A stretch of DNA of 64,000 bases from an uncultured Pseudomonadota bacterium (GCA_963736005.1 CAVTNB010000001.1:1-64000), one strand, 5' to 3'. Shown: positions 10,838 to 19,986, counted from the first letter of the stretch. Numbers and translations: made by a program. The notes: generated from the letters alone by a model not told the origin.

Positions 10838-11620
10838 TCAAATCTTTTTGGCTGAAGACCTCAGGTCTATTTTGGCAAAACGACGATCCGCGAGCAGGCG
10901 GTTTATTTGGTTTGTAGCTCCGTCCCACGCTTGCAACGCGTCTTTGCCAAGACCCTTAGCGTAGTCGTGCCCTATTCCAATGAGCCGATCAAAGAACGTC
11001 GTAAAGCACTCATCGGATAGCTTCATTAAAATATCAAATGAAGCGTCCTGGTAAACCTCAGGTCCAAGCGCTGGACGCATAGGGTAGTACATCATGACGC
11101 GCTTACCCAACAAAGCCTCGAGTATCTTAATAGATTTTTGTTGCACCGGTCCCCACTTCTCGCCCCGTTGCGCAAGCGCGTACCACTCCTCACGATGAAA
11201 AATATGGCTACGCCAGGCCCAGAGCACCTCGGTGAACGGTCCGCCAGTTGTCACAAAACCGGCCTTCAAGTGTTCCTTAGCTCCCAGTGGACCAGAACGG
11301 CGAAGATCCCATTCAAACGCATCAACCATGTTAAAGGCGGCAGCGCCGAGGCTGCCGGCGTGAATATGTGAGGCGCGCAGAAAGATATCCGCGTTCCCGA
11401 GGGCCTGTACGTGTTCCGCGCCCTCGAAGACGACGACTCCCGGAGACGCGGCGCGCAGTCTATTTTCGAACAACTCCTCCGCTTTGCGGTACGAAGTATA
11501 TGCCTTGGCTGCGAACTCAAAGATATCCAGCAACGTGGCGCGCTGACCGCCAGCCTCGTTGATGAACTTTGCAAACGCATAATAGTAGTCAGGGGGCATC
11601 GTCGGTGGGTTTAGCTTCAT
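10838..11620 (-). CDS. Hypothetical protein (~260 aa)
   Basis: Long ORF with protein-like composition; likely start MKLNPP; no family recognised. Confidence 0.6.
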   Translation of the reverse strand: MKLNPPTMPPDYYYAFAKFINEAGGQRATLLDIFEFAAKAYTSYRKAEELFENRLRAASPGVVVFEGAEHVQALGNADIFLRASHIHAGSLGAAAFNMVDAFEWDLRRSGPLGAKEHLKAGFVTTGGPFTEVLWAWRSHIFHREEWYALAQRGEKWGPVQQKSIKILEALLGKRVMMYYPMRPALGPEVYQDASFDILMKLSDECFTTFFDRLIGIGHDYAKGLGKDALQAWDGATNQINRLLADRRFAKIDLRSSAKKI

Positions 11621-11763
11621 CGGTTGTTGCTTCAACCTTGATGTCGGGCCTTCTTTGCTCACGGGTTTGCCTGCGTTACAAAAACGAAGGAGGACTGGCC
11701 GCTGCAAGGTGACCAGTCCTCTCTTCTTTTCCTTAGCAGATACAACCCCGGAGAAATTGGCAA

Positions 11764-12027
11764 ATGAAACTTAAACGCGATAACGCGGCTCTCGCGCGGC
11801 AGTTCCTCTACATCGCACAAACCGAACTCAGCCGCGCCAACGATACCTTGGCTACCACGAGGAGTCAAATCAAAGCAATTATCGGGCAGCTTGGCAGCAC
11901 GGGGATCGATGAGCTCAGTCCGCTGGCTTCTGAGCTGCAGCAATTCGTCGAGCGCATACCCACGGACGTGCCTGGTGCATTGACGCTCGAAAGCCTAATC
12001 GATGAGACGCGACGCTTGCTAGCATAG
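11764..12027 (+). CDS. Hypothetical helical protein
   Basis: ATG preceded by GGAG; amphipathic helices. Confidence 0.5.
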   Translation: MKLKRDNAALARQFLYIAQTELSRANDTLATTRSQIKAIIGQLGSTGIDELSPLASELQQFVERIPTDVPGALTLESLIDETRRLLA

Positions 12028-12068
12028 GCGAACCGAGAGGCAAAAGCCGTTAGCACTCCAACACCCAG

Positions 12069-12308
12069 TTAAAAAAGGTCGTCCGCGTATTGTTGGTTCA
12101 AAAAAAGGACAAACCAAAACACATTTTTCGCGAATATCGAACACCCCAACCTATTCATCGCCGTTCTTGTCAACGTACGCGACCATCTCGCTCGGCTACA
12201 GAATGCTTCGTCACCGTTTTCTCTACGGAACCAAAGGTATGCAACGTGCTCGTGTTTGTATCCGGTTGGTGACATCCTCCGACCGGTACACTTTAGAGCC
12301 ATAGGCAC
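12069..12308 (-). pseudogene. Degenerate DUF3892-like protein
   Basis: RMS...KHEHVAYLWFRRENG...SR, then EMVAYVDK in another frame and YADD near the end. TATAAT upstream at 12341-12346 on the minus strand. Confidence 0.35.
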
Positions 12309-12796
12309 GATTCCTTTCAGGCCCCATTGGCTGTAACGTTATTATACACCGAAACCGTGATGCTACACCAAGCGTGAGCGTAGCGGACGGGGAACCATAA
12401 GAGTCTCTAAATCTGGGCGAAAATTAGTTCTGTTGCTTATTGCAGACTTAAGGAGTATGATGGATATACAGTTCGAATCAAATCCAAATTGAATCAACCG
12501 AATTGGAATTAAGTCAATGTGACGCGATTCGAATCAAAGCTGTCCGGTAGCACTCTATTGCTATCCCGGCAGTTTTTTGAAACTGCCGGGGCACAAACTG
12601 CACAAAAAGAGAGAGCAGCCTCAAAAACGAGATTCCCCTCCCAAGTGAACCCCCTTCCTAATCTAGACGCTCGTTGCGGGCGGGTGACCCATGGTTGTCG
12701 CGCAGAGAAAGCGCGCGCGGGCCTGCGGTCAGGAGCAAACTGGCATCGAGACGCCGAAGTAGTTGGGTCGTTGAATCTACTGCGAAGGGGATTGAG

Positions 12797-12967
12797 ATGG
12801 CGAAAGTACCCGCTTTCTGCTCCATCTATGAGGTAAAAAGGTCAACCGCCCACCGCGTGCATCACAACGACGATGCATGCCCTGCGGGTCGTGACATACC
12901 GCAGAATGAGCGGCGCTCCGGCACAGGCGACTACAGGCTCTGCGAAGATTGCCAGAGGCGTAAGTAG
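12797..12967 (+). CDS. Small Cys/His-containing hypothetical protein (56 aa)
   Basis: AAGGGG RBS; MAKVPAFCS...VHHNDDACPAGRDIP...GTGDYRLCEDC resembles a widespread small-protein pattern. Confidence 0.65.
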   Translation: MAKVPAFCSIYEVKRSTAHRVHHNDDACPAGRDIPQNERRSGTGDYRLCEDCQRRK

Positions 12968-13029
12968 TAACGGCGCTGGTTACTCTTTGCGCTGCGCGGA
13001 CCTTCAGGACTGCCTTCGAAACTCCAAGT

Positions 13030-13242
13030 GTGAATAAAGCTTTTTGTTTGCGATGCCCTGAGTGCGGCCACAGCATCGATCTGCACTCCAGGTACAAGGA
13101 TCATCCCAATTCGTGTACAGGCTACTTTGATGAGTCCGGCCAGCCGGTAACTGGCGAAATGAAAGAAGGTTGGCGTTTCTGTGGTTGCTTCCTTAGTGAA
13201 TACGACATTCAAAAGCGGCGCGGGCTGGGAGCACTACAGTGA
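13030..13242 (+). CDS. Small Cys-rich putative zinc-binding protein
   Basis: CPECGH...H...C...FCGC; overlaps the next ORF (GTGA). Confidence 0.5.
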   Translation: MNKAFCLRCPECGHSIDLHSRYKDHPNSCTGYFDESGQPVTGEMKEGWRFCGCFLSEYDIQKRRGLGALQ

Positions 13243-13466
13243 CAGAAGCTGAAGCGGATCAGAAAATCGAAGCCGAGTTGGATAAGGTTTGGCCGGGGTG
13301 GCTAGGTGTGCCGGGATCAGTGGGTCAGGTTACAATACGCCTGATACCGCGCGATGACGTATTCGACTACTCCCTGGACAACGTCGGACAATGGTTGTCC
13401 ATTGTCAAGCAAGCGGTAGACAAGGCCGTCGGCAATAACGCTGGTCTTTGCGTATCATTTACATAG
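13239..13466 (+). CDS. Hypothetical protein
   Basis: GGAG RBS; translationally coupled to the upstream ORF. Confidence 0.45.
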   Translation: MTEAEADQKIEAELDKVWPGWLGVPGSVGQVTIRLIPRDDVFDYSLDNVGQWLSIVKQAVDKAVGNNAGLCVSFT

Positions 13467-13538
13467 GTGGAGCCCGCATCGGAATCTGACACGGTTGATC
13501 CGCCCAACTAGCTCAACTAATTCCAACGGAGACGTAAA

Positions 13539-13886
13539 TTGGCAACTGCATCGGCCCTCGTTCGTAAGTATTTCTCCGCGTACGAAGCAAAAGATCGTAA
13601 AGCGATGGAAGAGATACTGAGCAATGATTTCATCTTTACTAGTCCGCTCGACGGACAGATTAATCGTGGTACCTATTTCCTAAGATGTTGGCCGAACAGT
13701 GGAAACATTCGTGCGTTCGTGATCGAGAAGGTATTTGAAGAAGGGGACGAAGCCTTCATTCGGTACGAATCGCAAAAGTTGGATGGCGAAAAATTTCGAA
13801 ATACTGAGTTCTTTAGGACTGACGGAGAGAAGATCAAGGAAGTCCAGGTCTACTTTGGCTCCGCAGAGACCAAGCGGATCGCCTAA
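13539..13886 (+). CDS. SnoaL-like/NTF2-family protein
   Basis: YFSAYEAKDR...DFIFTSPLD...YFLRCWP...FRNTEFF...VQVYFG. Confidence 0.8.
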   Translation: MATASALVRKYFSAYEAKDRKAMEEILSNDFIFTSPLDGQINRGTYFLRCWPNSGNIRAFVIEKVFEEGDEAFIRYESQKLDGEKFRNTEFFRTDGEKIKEVQVYFGSAETKRIA

Positions 13887-13972
13887 GACAGCTTCGGATT
13901 TAGGCATGTTGCCCTTGCCCCGCCTGTCGCTCAGTATCGCCGTTTCTTCTGCGAGGTAGCGACGCTACACAA

Positions 13973-14200
13973 TTATCGCAATTCCTGATCGATGTCGATG
14001 TCGAGCTTGTCCGCCGAGATCTCTGCGAACGCAGTCGTCACCGGCTTTTCAGGATTTGCCCCTTCAACAGCAGGCTCATCCCCGTTGACCAGTTGCTGTG
14101 CGCGCACACGCGCGACGTTCACGAGCAGATACTTGTTGCCCACGCGCGCCACCAATTGATCGATATCGCCAAATGATTTTGATGCTTTAACGTCTTTCAT
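13973..14200 (-). CDS. rpoZ: RNA polymerase omega subunit
   Basis: IDQLVARVGNKYLLVNVARVRAQQL...KPVTTAFAEI matches the omega conserved regions. Confidence 0.85.
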   Translation of the reverse strand: MKDVKASKSFGDIDQLVARVGNKYLLVNVARVRAQQLVNGDEPAVEGANPEKPVTTAFAEISADKLDIDIDQELR

Positions 14201-14269
14201 CAGACCAGACTCGTTCGACGGACAGTTGCTTGCGCCTACCCGCGAGCGCACGCGGATGGATCAGTGGTG

Positions 14270-14278
14270 TGGTATAAT
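14270..14278 (+). promoter_or_regulatory. Extended -10 promoter element (TGnTATAAT)
   Basis: TGGTATAAT upstream of ORF 14309. Confidence 0.55.
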
Positions 14279-14308
14279 GCTTAAAGTGGGTTATTGACCC
14301 ACGCTTAG

Positions 14309-14776
14309 TTGATTTCAGAGAAAGTCACGATGACTCACGGCGAGGTCGCCGCCAGAAGGCAAGCCTTCGGCAGAGCACTAGTCGCGGAGATGTGGGAGCG
14401 GATCCCCGAGTGTCCTCGCAGGGAGCCGGGCCGGACGGGTGTGTTGTTTTCTGCGTTCACCGATTTGGCGCGGTTTGTAGAAAAAACTTGGGCTGAGTAT
14501 CTGTCCGATCCTCATGAAGTGAAGCTCAAAGTTTTGAAGCGGACGTTTGCGTTCTTGGAAGGGTGCTTCCGAGATAAGCTTGAGCTAGTGGAGCACATGG
14601 AAGGGGTTTACGCGGTGATATGCTTTACTCGCGCTATCCCGAGCGAGCGGTTGCCGGATTTGTTCCAATTCGCGGGCCCGAAAACTTTGAAGTGGGCTAG
14701 GATCTCACGGATGATTGCTCTGGGATCAAGCACCGCCGGTTCGCGGTCTGATTTTACTAAAATAACGTCCACTTAA
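14309..14776 (+). CDS. Hypothetical helical protein
   Basis: 155-aa ORF downstream of a consensus promoter. Confidence 0.55.
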   Translation: MISEKVTMTHGEVAARRQAFGRALVAEMWERIPECPRREPGRTGVLFSAFTDLARFVEKTWAEYLSDPHEVKLKVLKRTFAFLEGCFRDKLELVEHMEGVYAVICFTRAIPSERLPDLFQFAGPKTLKWARISRMIALGSSTAGSRSDFTKITST

Positions 14777-15065
14777 CCACGGCTAAGTCGCTGACTGGAA
14801 ACGGGTAGCACCGCTACCTAGTTTTGGTTTGCTCTTACTTTCAATGAAGTGAGCCCGACACTTTGTTGGCATTGCCACGCGTGACTCGCATGCTCGATGA
14901 GCTGGGCACAGCGCATGGCTACCCAGAGGCGATCGCACCGAATTACGCTGAGATAAAACGCACAACGGTGGCACTCTCAACACGGCGAAGCTTGCCCGCG
15001 TGCAACGACGGCAACGTATTAGTGGTATAGTATGGTAAGGAAGAGGGAAACGAAAGGACCGGGTA

Positions 15066-15278
15066 ATGCCGGTCATTGCACATGAAACCGAATCTGCTGC
15101 CGCTACGGCCCCGATGAAAGGCATACGAGTCTTCTCCAGCGTCGAAGAGGCACAAGCTGCCGGCTTCACAATTTTCGAGCGCATCCCGGAAGGCTACTTA
15201 GTGCGCAAAGACCTCGGCGCAAACTTTGCACTCGCCGTGGTGAACATCAAAAAAGAAGAACCGACGGAGAAAAACTAA
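15066..15278 (+). CDS. Small hypothetical protein upstream of sigH
   Basis: AAGGA RBS; GIRVFSSVEEAQAAGFTIFERIPEGYLVRK. Confidence 0.65.
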   Translation: MPVIAHETESAAATAPMKGIRVFSSVEEAQAAGFTIFERIPEGYLVRKDLGANFALAVVNIKKEEPTEKN

Positions 15279-15328
15279 GACAACATATAATCGGAAGTCC
15301 TGCTGGGGCAATTCCGCATGCGAGAAAT

Positions 15329-15994
15329 TTGGGGTTACAGAACATTGTGGGGGCATTTCACCCGGTAGAAGACACTCTTCATTACAGTGAGCGTACCGAC
15401 GTAGAACTTGTAAATGCAGCAAAGTGTGGCGACAATCTCGCCATGGAGTTCCTGCTAAACAAATATAAGAACTTCGTCCGCATGAAGGCAAAAAGCTACT
15501 TCCTCATCGGTGCCGACCGCGAAGACATCATTCAAGAGGGAATGATCGGACTCTACAAGGCTGTTCGCGACTTTCGCGCGGACAGGCTGTCGTCGTTTCG
15601 CGGCTTCGCGGAACTCTGCGTCACGCGACAAATCATCACCTCGATCAAGACCGCAACGCGGCAGAAGCACATCCCGCTCAATCAGTACATTTCGCTCAAC
15701 AAACCGATTTATGACGAGGACAGCGAGCGCACGCTGCTCGATGTGATGGTGAGCGCGAAGATGTCGGATCCAGAAGAGCTGGTCATCAATAAGGAAACTT
15801 CGCAAGACATCAAGGAGCGTATTCAGGAAAACCTGAGCGACCTCGAGTCGCAGGTCTTGCTCAGCTATCTCGAAGGCAAGACGTACCAGGAGATGGGGCG
15901 CGACTTGAACCGGCACGTGAAGTCGATCGACAACGCGCTGCAGCGTATCAAGCGCAAGATCGAGAAGAATCTGAGCGAACTCGAGCTGTACTAA
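15329..15994 (+). CDS. sigH: SigH-type (Spo0H-like) RNA polymerase sigma factor
   Basis: KYKNFVRMKAKSYFLIGADREDIIQEGMIGLYKAVRDF...KTATRQKHIPLN...KSIDNALQR is the SigH signature. Confidence 0.95.
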   Translation: MGLQNIVGAFHPVEDTLHYSERTDVELVNAAKCGDNLAMEFLLNKYKNFVRMKAKSYFLIGADREDIIQEGMIGLYKAVRDFRADRLSSFRGFAELCVTRQIITSIKTATRQKHIPLNQYISLNKPIYDEDSERTLLDVMVSAKMSDPEELVINKETSQDIKERIQENLSDLESQVLLSYLEGKTYQEMGRDLNRHVKSIDNALQRIKRKIEKNLSELELY

Positions 15995-16090
15995 ACTGGC
16001 AATTTAGGGGCGGCTGGAAAATCGCCCCTCATCATTTTATGTAGTAAAGAACGCCAGCACCAGGCGGCCAGAAGGGAAGGAACCTCAGGC

Positions 16091-16270
16091 ATGCAGACCA
16101 CTGGTCCGCACCACCACGCGTCAAGCGCGTTGTCCCAGCCTTCCGCCGGTCCTGAAAAGCTGCCAGGAATCACGCACGTCATCGCGGTGGGCAGCGGCAA
16201 AGGCGGCGTGGGGAAGCCCACCGTCAGCGTGAATCTCGCGCTCGCGCTCCAACAGATCGGGGGCCGGACT
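16091..16270 (+). pseudogene. mrp: 5' fragment of an Mrp/ApbC (NBP35) ATPase
   Basis: [28 protein letters not shown] (deviant Walker A with S>P), then similarity is lost. Confidence 0.75.
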
Positions 16271-16530
16271 TCCAGCCACCGGGGCCCAACAAGCCGAAGC
16301 TCTCTTAAGCATGATCTCCTCCAGACGCCAACAGTCTGTTTGACTGCGAGACCTTGAGTGCCGGAAACTGAAGCAGATCAAGAGATCGAAACCGAATTGA
16401 ATAGCATACTGCCTGACTCGCGTGGGGGCCCTTAAGGTTTGCAAAGAAGTGAGAGACACAGGACTTGATTTAGCTACGCCTTGTTCTGGCAACTATTATA
16501 CAGAGCCACTAGATATCAGGGCAAACCGAA

Positions 16531-16851
16531 GTGACAGAGGCTGAGCAGTACGTAGACAGCATTACCAAGCTGATCCAAGGCAAATATCCAAACCGCAAGA
16601 TGCTCACTTCCGGCGACGGCGCAAATTTCTCTTGGCGTGAGAAGCTGGCGGAGAAGAGTTATGCCGCAATATCTGTAGTGGCGGCCCAGAACCGCGCAAC
16701 GCTGATTCTGATAGGCACAGGCGGCGAGAATCAGAAGCCCCAGTTGTTCGACTGTGGCCGGGACTCAGCGAACAAGATTGCTCAGGTAATATGCGATTGG
16801 ATCGAAGCAAGGGAGAAAGAAGTTGACAGCCACGCGTTTGAGAAGGACTAG
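16531..16851 (+). CDS. Hypothetical protein
   Basis: 106-aa ORF with protein-like composition. Confidence 0.5.
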   Translation: MTEAEQYVDSITKLIQGKYPNRKMLTSGDGANFSWREKLAEKSYAAISVVAAQNRATLILIGTGGENQKPQLFDCGRDSANKIAQVICDWIEAREKEVDSHAFEKD

Positions 16852-16920
16852 CGGCTCCTGTGTCTGGAGTCGCGGCTACCCCGAGGACGGCCTCACTTTT
16901 TCGGGGGCAGCAAACTTTAC

Positions 16921-16967
16921 CAAAAAGAACAAGCCCCTGAATGAATCAGAGGCTCAAGACTGACTAG
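16921..16967 (-). terminator. Intrinsic terminator, copy 1 of a duplicated element
   Basis: Minus strand: AGCCTCTGA-TTCAT-TCAGGGGCT followed by GTTCTTTTTG; near-copy at 17290-17339. Confidence 0.6.
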
Positions 16968-16992
16968 ACTCACCTCGTCCGGGTAAAATCAG

Positions 16993-17145
16993 TCAACGCG
17001 GTGCTATTTGTTCCCCAGAACCCCGCTCATCTTCAAAGCTTTGCCGTGCGCATCCAGGACAAACGATAGACTCGTTGACTCTGACAACGGTCGAAGACAA
17101 TTTTCCGCAGAAATCACACTTCGTGCTTGTTTGTTCTGTTCCCAT
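16993..17145 (-). CDS. 50-aa C4 zinc-finger microprotein (not in ORF track)
   Basis: MGTEQTSTKCDFCGKLSSTVVRVNESIVCPGCARQSFEDERGSGEQIAPR*; extended -10 TGGTAAAAT at 17184-17192 on the minus strand. Confidence 0.6.
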   Translation of the reverse strand: MGTEQTSTKCDFCGKLSSTVVRVNESIVCPGCARQSFEDERGSGEQIAPR

Positions 17146-17289
17146 GGTGTTCGCCTGGCTTCTTGAAGTTTAACCTTGCTATCATTTTACCACACTCGGA
17201 TTAGATTGTCGGAAACGTAGCTATGACCGCTGTCACGATTGCCGACAATGAACGAGAACTAGATTGGTCTCGATCAGCTACGTAGTCAT

Positions 17290-17339
17290 CAAAAGAAAAA
17301 GACCCGGAACGAATCAGAGGCTCAAGAGGCGCTGACTAG
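17290..17339 (-). repeat. Copy 2 of the terminator-like element
   Basis: GAATCAGAGGCTCAAGA...CTGACTAG is shared with 16943-16967. Confidence 0.65.
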
Positions 17340-17534
17340 TTACCCATGCGGTTCAATGGTATCTGACTCGGGATCAAGATCAGCACCGGATGAAGCAAAT
17401 ACGTTGGGCTCGTTGGCGTTAGGATTCGGTAATCTTCGACGACAGGGAGTGCAGCCTGGAACAGGCTTAGCGAGAAGACTCCACACAACGAGCGCGGCTA
17501 GGCCGGCAGCGATTAGAGCGAGCGTAATATTCAT
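17340..17534 (-). CDS. Small membrane-anchored protein with CxxC
   Basis: GAGG RBS; hydrophobic N-terminal helix followed by CTPC. Confidence 0.5.
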   Translation of the reverse strand: MNITLALIAAGLAALVVWSLLAKPVPGCTPCRRRLPNPNANEPNVFASSGADLDPESDTIEPHG

Positions 17535-17580
17535 TTAGAACCGCCTCATTCGCTTGTAGGAATCCTTCGCACCTCGTCAC

Positions 17581-17799
17581 TCACGTTTCGCCGACCTCCC
17601 ACCTGATGCGCGCCCAAACCCTCTCATGTATGAGGTAGGCCACGCTTGTGTAAAAGTTGCTTACGATCATGAATCCGACGGCGATGCGCACAGTTCGGGT
17701 GAACAGATAAACGGTGAGGAAATCAAGGCACATGATAATGATGCGATACGTGATGGCTTTTGTCACAGATCGGCGAAGGCTTACCGTTCGGGTCATCAC
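17581..17799 (-). CDS. DUF2061-like small membrane protein
   Basis: SVTKAITYR...AYLIHERVWARIRW. Confidence 0.75.
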   Translation of the reverse strand: MMTRTVSLRRSVTKAITYRIIIMCLDFLTVYLFTRTVRIAVGFMIVSNFYTSVAYLIHERVWARIRWEVGET

Positions 17800-18115
17800 A
17801 TACTCCTTATCTTTGATCCTTCTTTAATTGACGCATGCAGTTCGGACCGTCCGTCGATCCCCTTCGGTCTGCTCAGACTTTTTCGGGGGGCTCAAACCAC
17901 CGTGGTAAGGGCCAACGAATTCTAAGGTTCCTTTAAGAAAGATCCCAGGCGCGACCGCCTCACAAACATCTGGTATTCGCGACAACTAGAACGCTCGACG
18001 CAGAACAAAAGCGAAAGAGCCGGTCGGACTACATTGCTCTGTGCGTTTGTCGCACAACAATGCTGCGCGGTCCACAGCTCAAAGGGTATGGTAATAGAAG
18101 AGAGGTGTACCACTC

Positions 18116-18343
18116 ATGCAAACGACTCCAACCCAGCCAGCGACGGGCAGTTTTGAATTCCGCTTTATCTCAGTGCTGGCAAATCACGCCGACAATCAAT
18201 TTGGCAACGTTTCCGATCAGGACGATCTCAAAGCGTTGCTTGACTTGGGCAGAGATGGATGGCAAATACGCGGCATGACACCTGATCCGCGCCAACCGGC
18301 CGCTACGCTTATCCTCGTGCTCCAGCGCGGAATTGATCGTTAG
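18116..18343 (+). CDS. DUF4177-like small protein
   Basis: FEFRFI...LLDLGRDGWQI...LVLQR. Confidence 0.55.
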   Translation: MQTTPTQPATGSFEFRFISVLANHADNQFGNVSDQDDLKALLDLGRDGWQIRGMTPDPRQPAATLILVLQRGIDR

Positions 18344-18414
18344 ATAAGGCCAGCCAGAGAGACCGGCCACAGCCGAAGCAGGCTACCACGGCGTAGAGCA
18401 TTTTTCTTCATTGG

Positions 18415-18681
18415 ATCACGTCCGAGGCTGCCGATGCCGTGGTTCTTGAGCCGTTACTTAGCAAAGTGGATGAGCTGATTCATATAAGTCGTCGCATGCG
18501 CGTCATCGCGCTTCAGAGCGCAATAGGGGGAATGGCTCTGAGCTTTGTTGGTATGCTTGTGGCGGTTGTTGGATACTTACCACCGGTAGCGGGTGCTATT
18601 ACACAAGAAATAATCGACGTAGCAGCTGTCTTGAATGCGCTCCGCGTGGCTTTCCCGCGCGGCAAGATCGGTGATTTTTAA
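18415..18681 (+). pseudogene. C-terminal fragment of a heavy-metal P1B-type ATPase
   Basis: SEAADAVVL...[19 protein letters not shown]...[23 protein letters not shown]; the rest of the gene is absent. Confidence 0.75.
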
Positions 18682-18775
18682 AATCGCCCCTTTGAGTGCG
18701 AATCGAATGCTTCTTACCTCAACCACTGACAAAAATTCACAGGACAGCGACTGGTGAAAGAGGTGAAATATTTTT

Positions 18776-18976
18776 ATGGGTAAGATGGTAGAACCGTGTG
18801 AGACTTCTTCACGCCCTATCGTACGAGTGGATCAGGGTAGCTTTGTGGTGATTTTGGGGATATGGGCCTGGCTATTCACGATAGGTTTCTTGCATCTGAC
18901 TTTTTGGACGGGTGTCTTAGCGATTGGATTGTGGCCCTACTATCTGGGGGCGGTATTCAGCGGCCTGAGGCACTAA
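18776..18976 (+). CDS. Small membrane protein
   Basis: WAWLFTIGFLHLTFWTGVLAIGLWPYYLG; GAGGTG upstream. Confidence 0.55.
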   Translation: MGKMVEPCETSSRPIVRVDQGSFVVILGIWAWLFTIGFLHLTFWTGVLAIGLWPYYLGAVFSGLRH

Positions 18977-19068
18977 AAGAAAATTTGCTTGGCTGAACTT
19001 TTTGAGCAGGGCCGGTTTTGCTTTGACGCTGAGCTAGCTACGAATCGCTCAGCTTACCAACAAGGACG

Positions 19069-19797
19069 GTGATTATGAGTGCACGAGTTCCACGCGGTAC
19101 ACCGCAACCAAGACACACGGAGAAGCACTCTAAAGCATCCGCGTCAGTTCGCGACCTTGTCATCGGCATGTCAGACGGTCTGACTGTTCCGTTTGCGCTC
19201 GCCGCCGGGATATCTGGGGCGATCGCCGCGTCTCATATCGTTGTTACGGCAGGCATTGCGGAGTTAGCTGCGGGGGGAATATCTATGGGCCTGGGCGGCT
19301 ATCTCGCAGCGCGCACCGACGTCGAACACTATGAAAGCGAGCAGCGCCGCGAGCGAAGAGAGATCGAGGAAATTCCAGAGGCAGAAAAGTCTGAGGTCTT
19401 CAGTATTTTTCGTGGATACGGATTAAGTGACGAAGATGCGCGCAAAGCGACCGCCGGTCTTACTACCAACAGACAACGCTGGATCGACTTCATGATGCGC
19501 TTCGAGCTTGGTCTCGAAGAGCCTGACCAACACAGAGCTCCGATAAGCGCTCTTACGATCGGCGGTGCGTATGTGATCGGTGGATTGGTACCGCTGGTGC
19601 CTTACATGTTGGTCCAGAATTCAAAGCCCGCTCTTTACCTTTCTTCCCTCGTTACGCTATTCGCGCTCTTTGTTTTTGGGGCCGCGAAGGGGGCGTTAAC
19701 TGGTGTGGCGTGGTTACGTAGCGCCATGCAAACGGTTATTATTGGTGGCTTGGCGGCAACGGTGGCATTTTTCATAGCGCGGTTTGTTTCCGGATAG
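19069..19797 (+). CDS. VIT1/CCC1-family Fe/Mn transporter
   Basis: RDLVIGMSDGLTVPFALAAG...AELAAGGISMGLGGYLA...FMMRFELGLEEP. Confidence 0.92.
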   Translation: MIMSARVPRGTPQPRHTEKHSKASASVRDLVIGMSDGLTVPFALAAGISGAIAASHIVVTAGIAELAAGGISMGLGGYLAARTDVEHYESEQRRERREIEEIPEAEKSEVFSIFRGYGLSDEDARKATAGLTTNRQRWIDFMMRFELGLEEPDQHRAPISALTIGGAYVIGGLVPLVPYMLVQNSKPALYLSSLVTLFALFVFGAAKGALTGVAWLRSAMQTVIIGGLAATVAFFIARFVSG

Positions 19798-19911
19798 GAA
19801 GAAGCTTAGAAGAGGACGGTTGGCGCCACTAAGAAACGGTCGGTTGAGCAGTACTAGAAGTCACGAAGCAGATGAAAAAGCTGCGGAAGTCCGCGGCAGC
19901 AAGGTTTCCGA

Positions 19912-19986
19912 TGGTGGGCGCGAGAGGTCTCGAACCTCTGACCTCTACAGTGTCAATGTAGCGCTCTACCCCTGAGCTACGCGCCC
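19912..19986 (-). tRNA. tRNA-Val(GAC)
   Basis: GGGCGCGTAGCTCAGGGGTAGAGCG-CTACA TTGACAC TGTAG-AGGTCAGAGGTTCGAGACCTCTCGCGCCCACCA forms a full cloverleaf. Confidence 0.97.

Larger units (their letters stand above)
2647..19911. mobile_element. Genomic island integrated at tRNA-Val(GAC); no integrase recognised
   Basis: Flanked by a 46-bp direct repeat of the tRNA 3' end. Looks more AT-rich by eye, contains many small ORFs and gene fragments, and lacks the REP copies seen in the rest of the window. Confidence 0.8.

Noticed and set aside
11620..11730. GGCAAAC-containing sequence and hairpin as a c-di-GMP-I riboswitch
   Set aside because: Lacks the GNRA tetraloop/receptor P2-P3 layout; only a terminator-like hairpin (11690-11730) is supported
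12457..12540. AAGGAG-preceded mini-ORF and repeated GAATCAA motifs
   Set aside because: The ORF is 11 codons and the repeats are short and irregular in an AT-rich tract; cannot be distinguished from chance or decay
15329..15994. sigH as evidence of sporulation
   Set aside because: SigH homologs occur in non-sporulating lineages, and no sporulation genes are present in the window
2647..19911. Prophage interpretation of the island
   Set aside because: No integrase, terminase, capsid, tail or replication genes recognised
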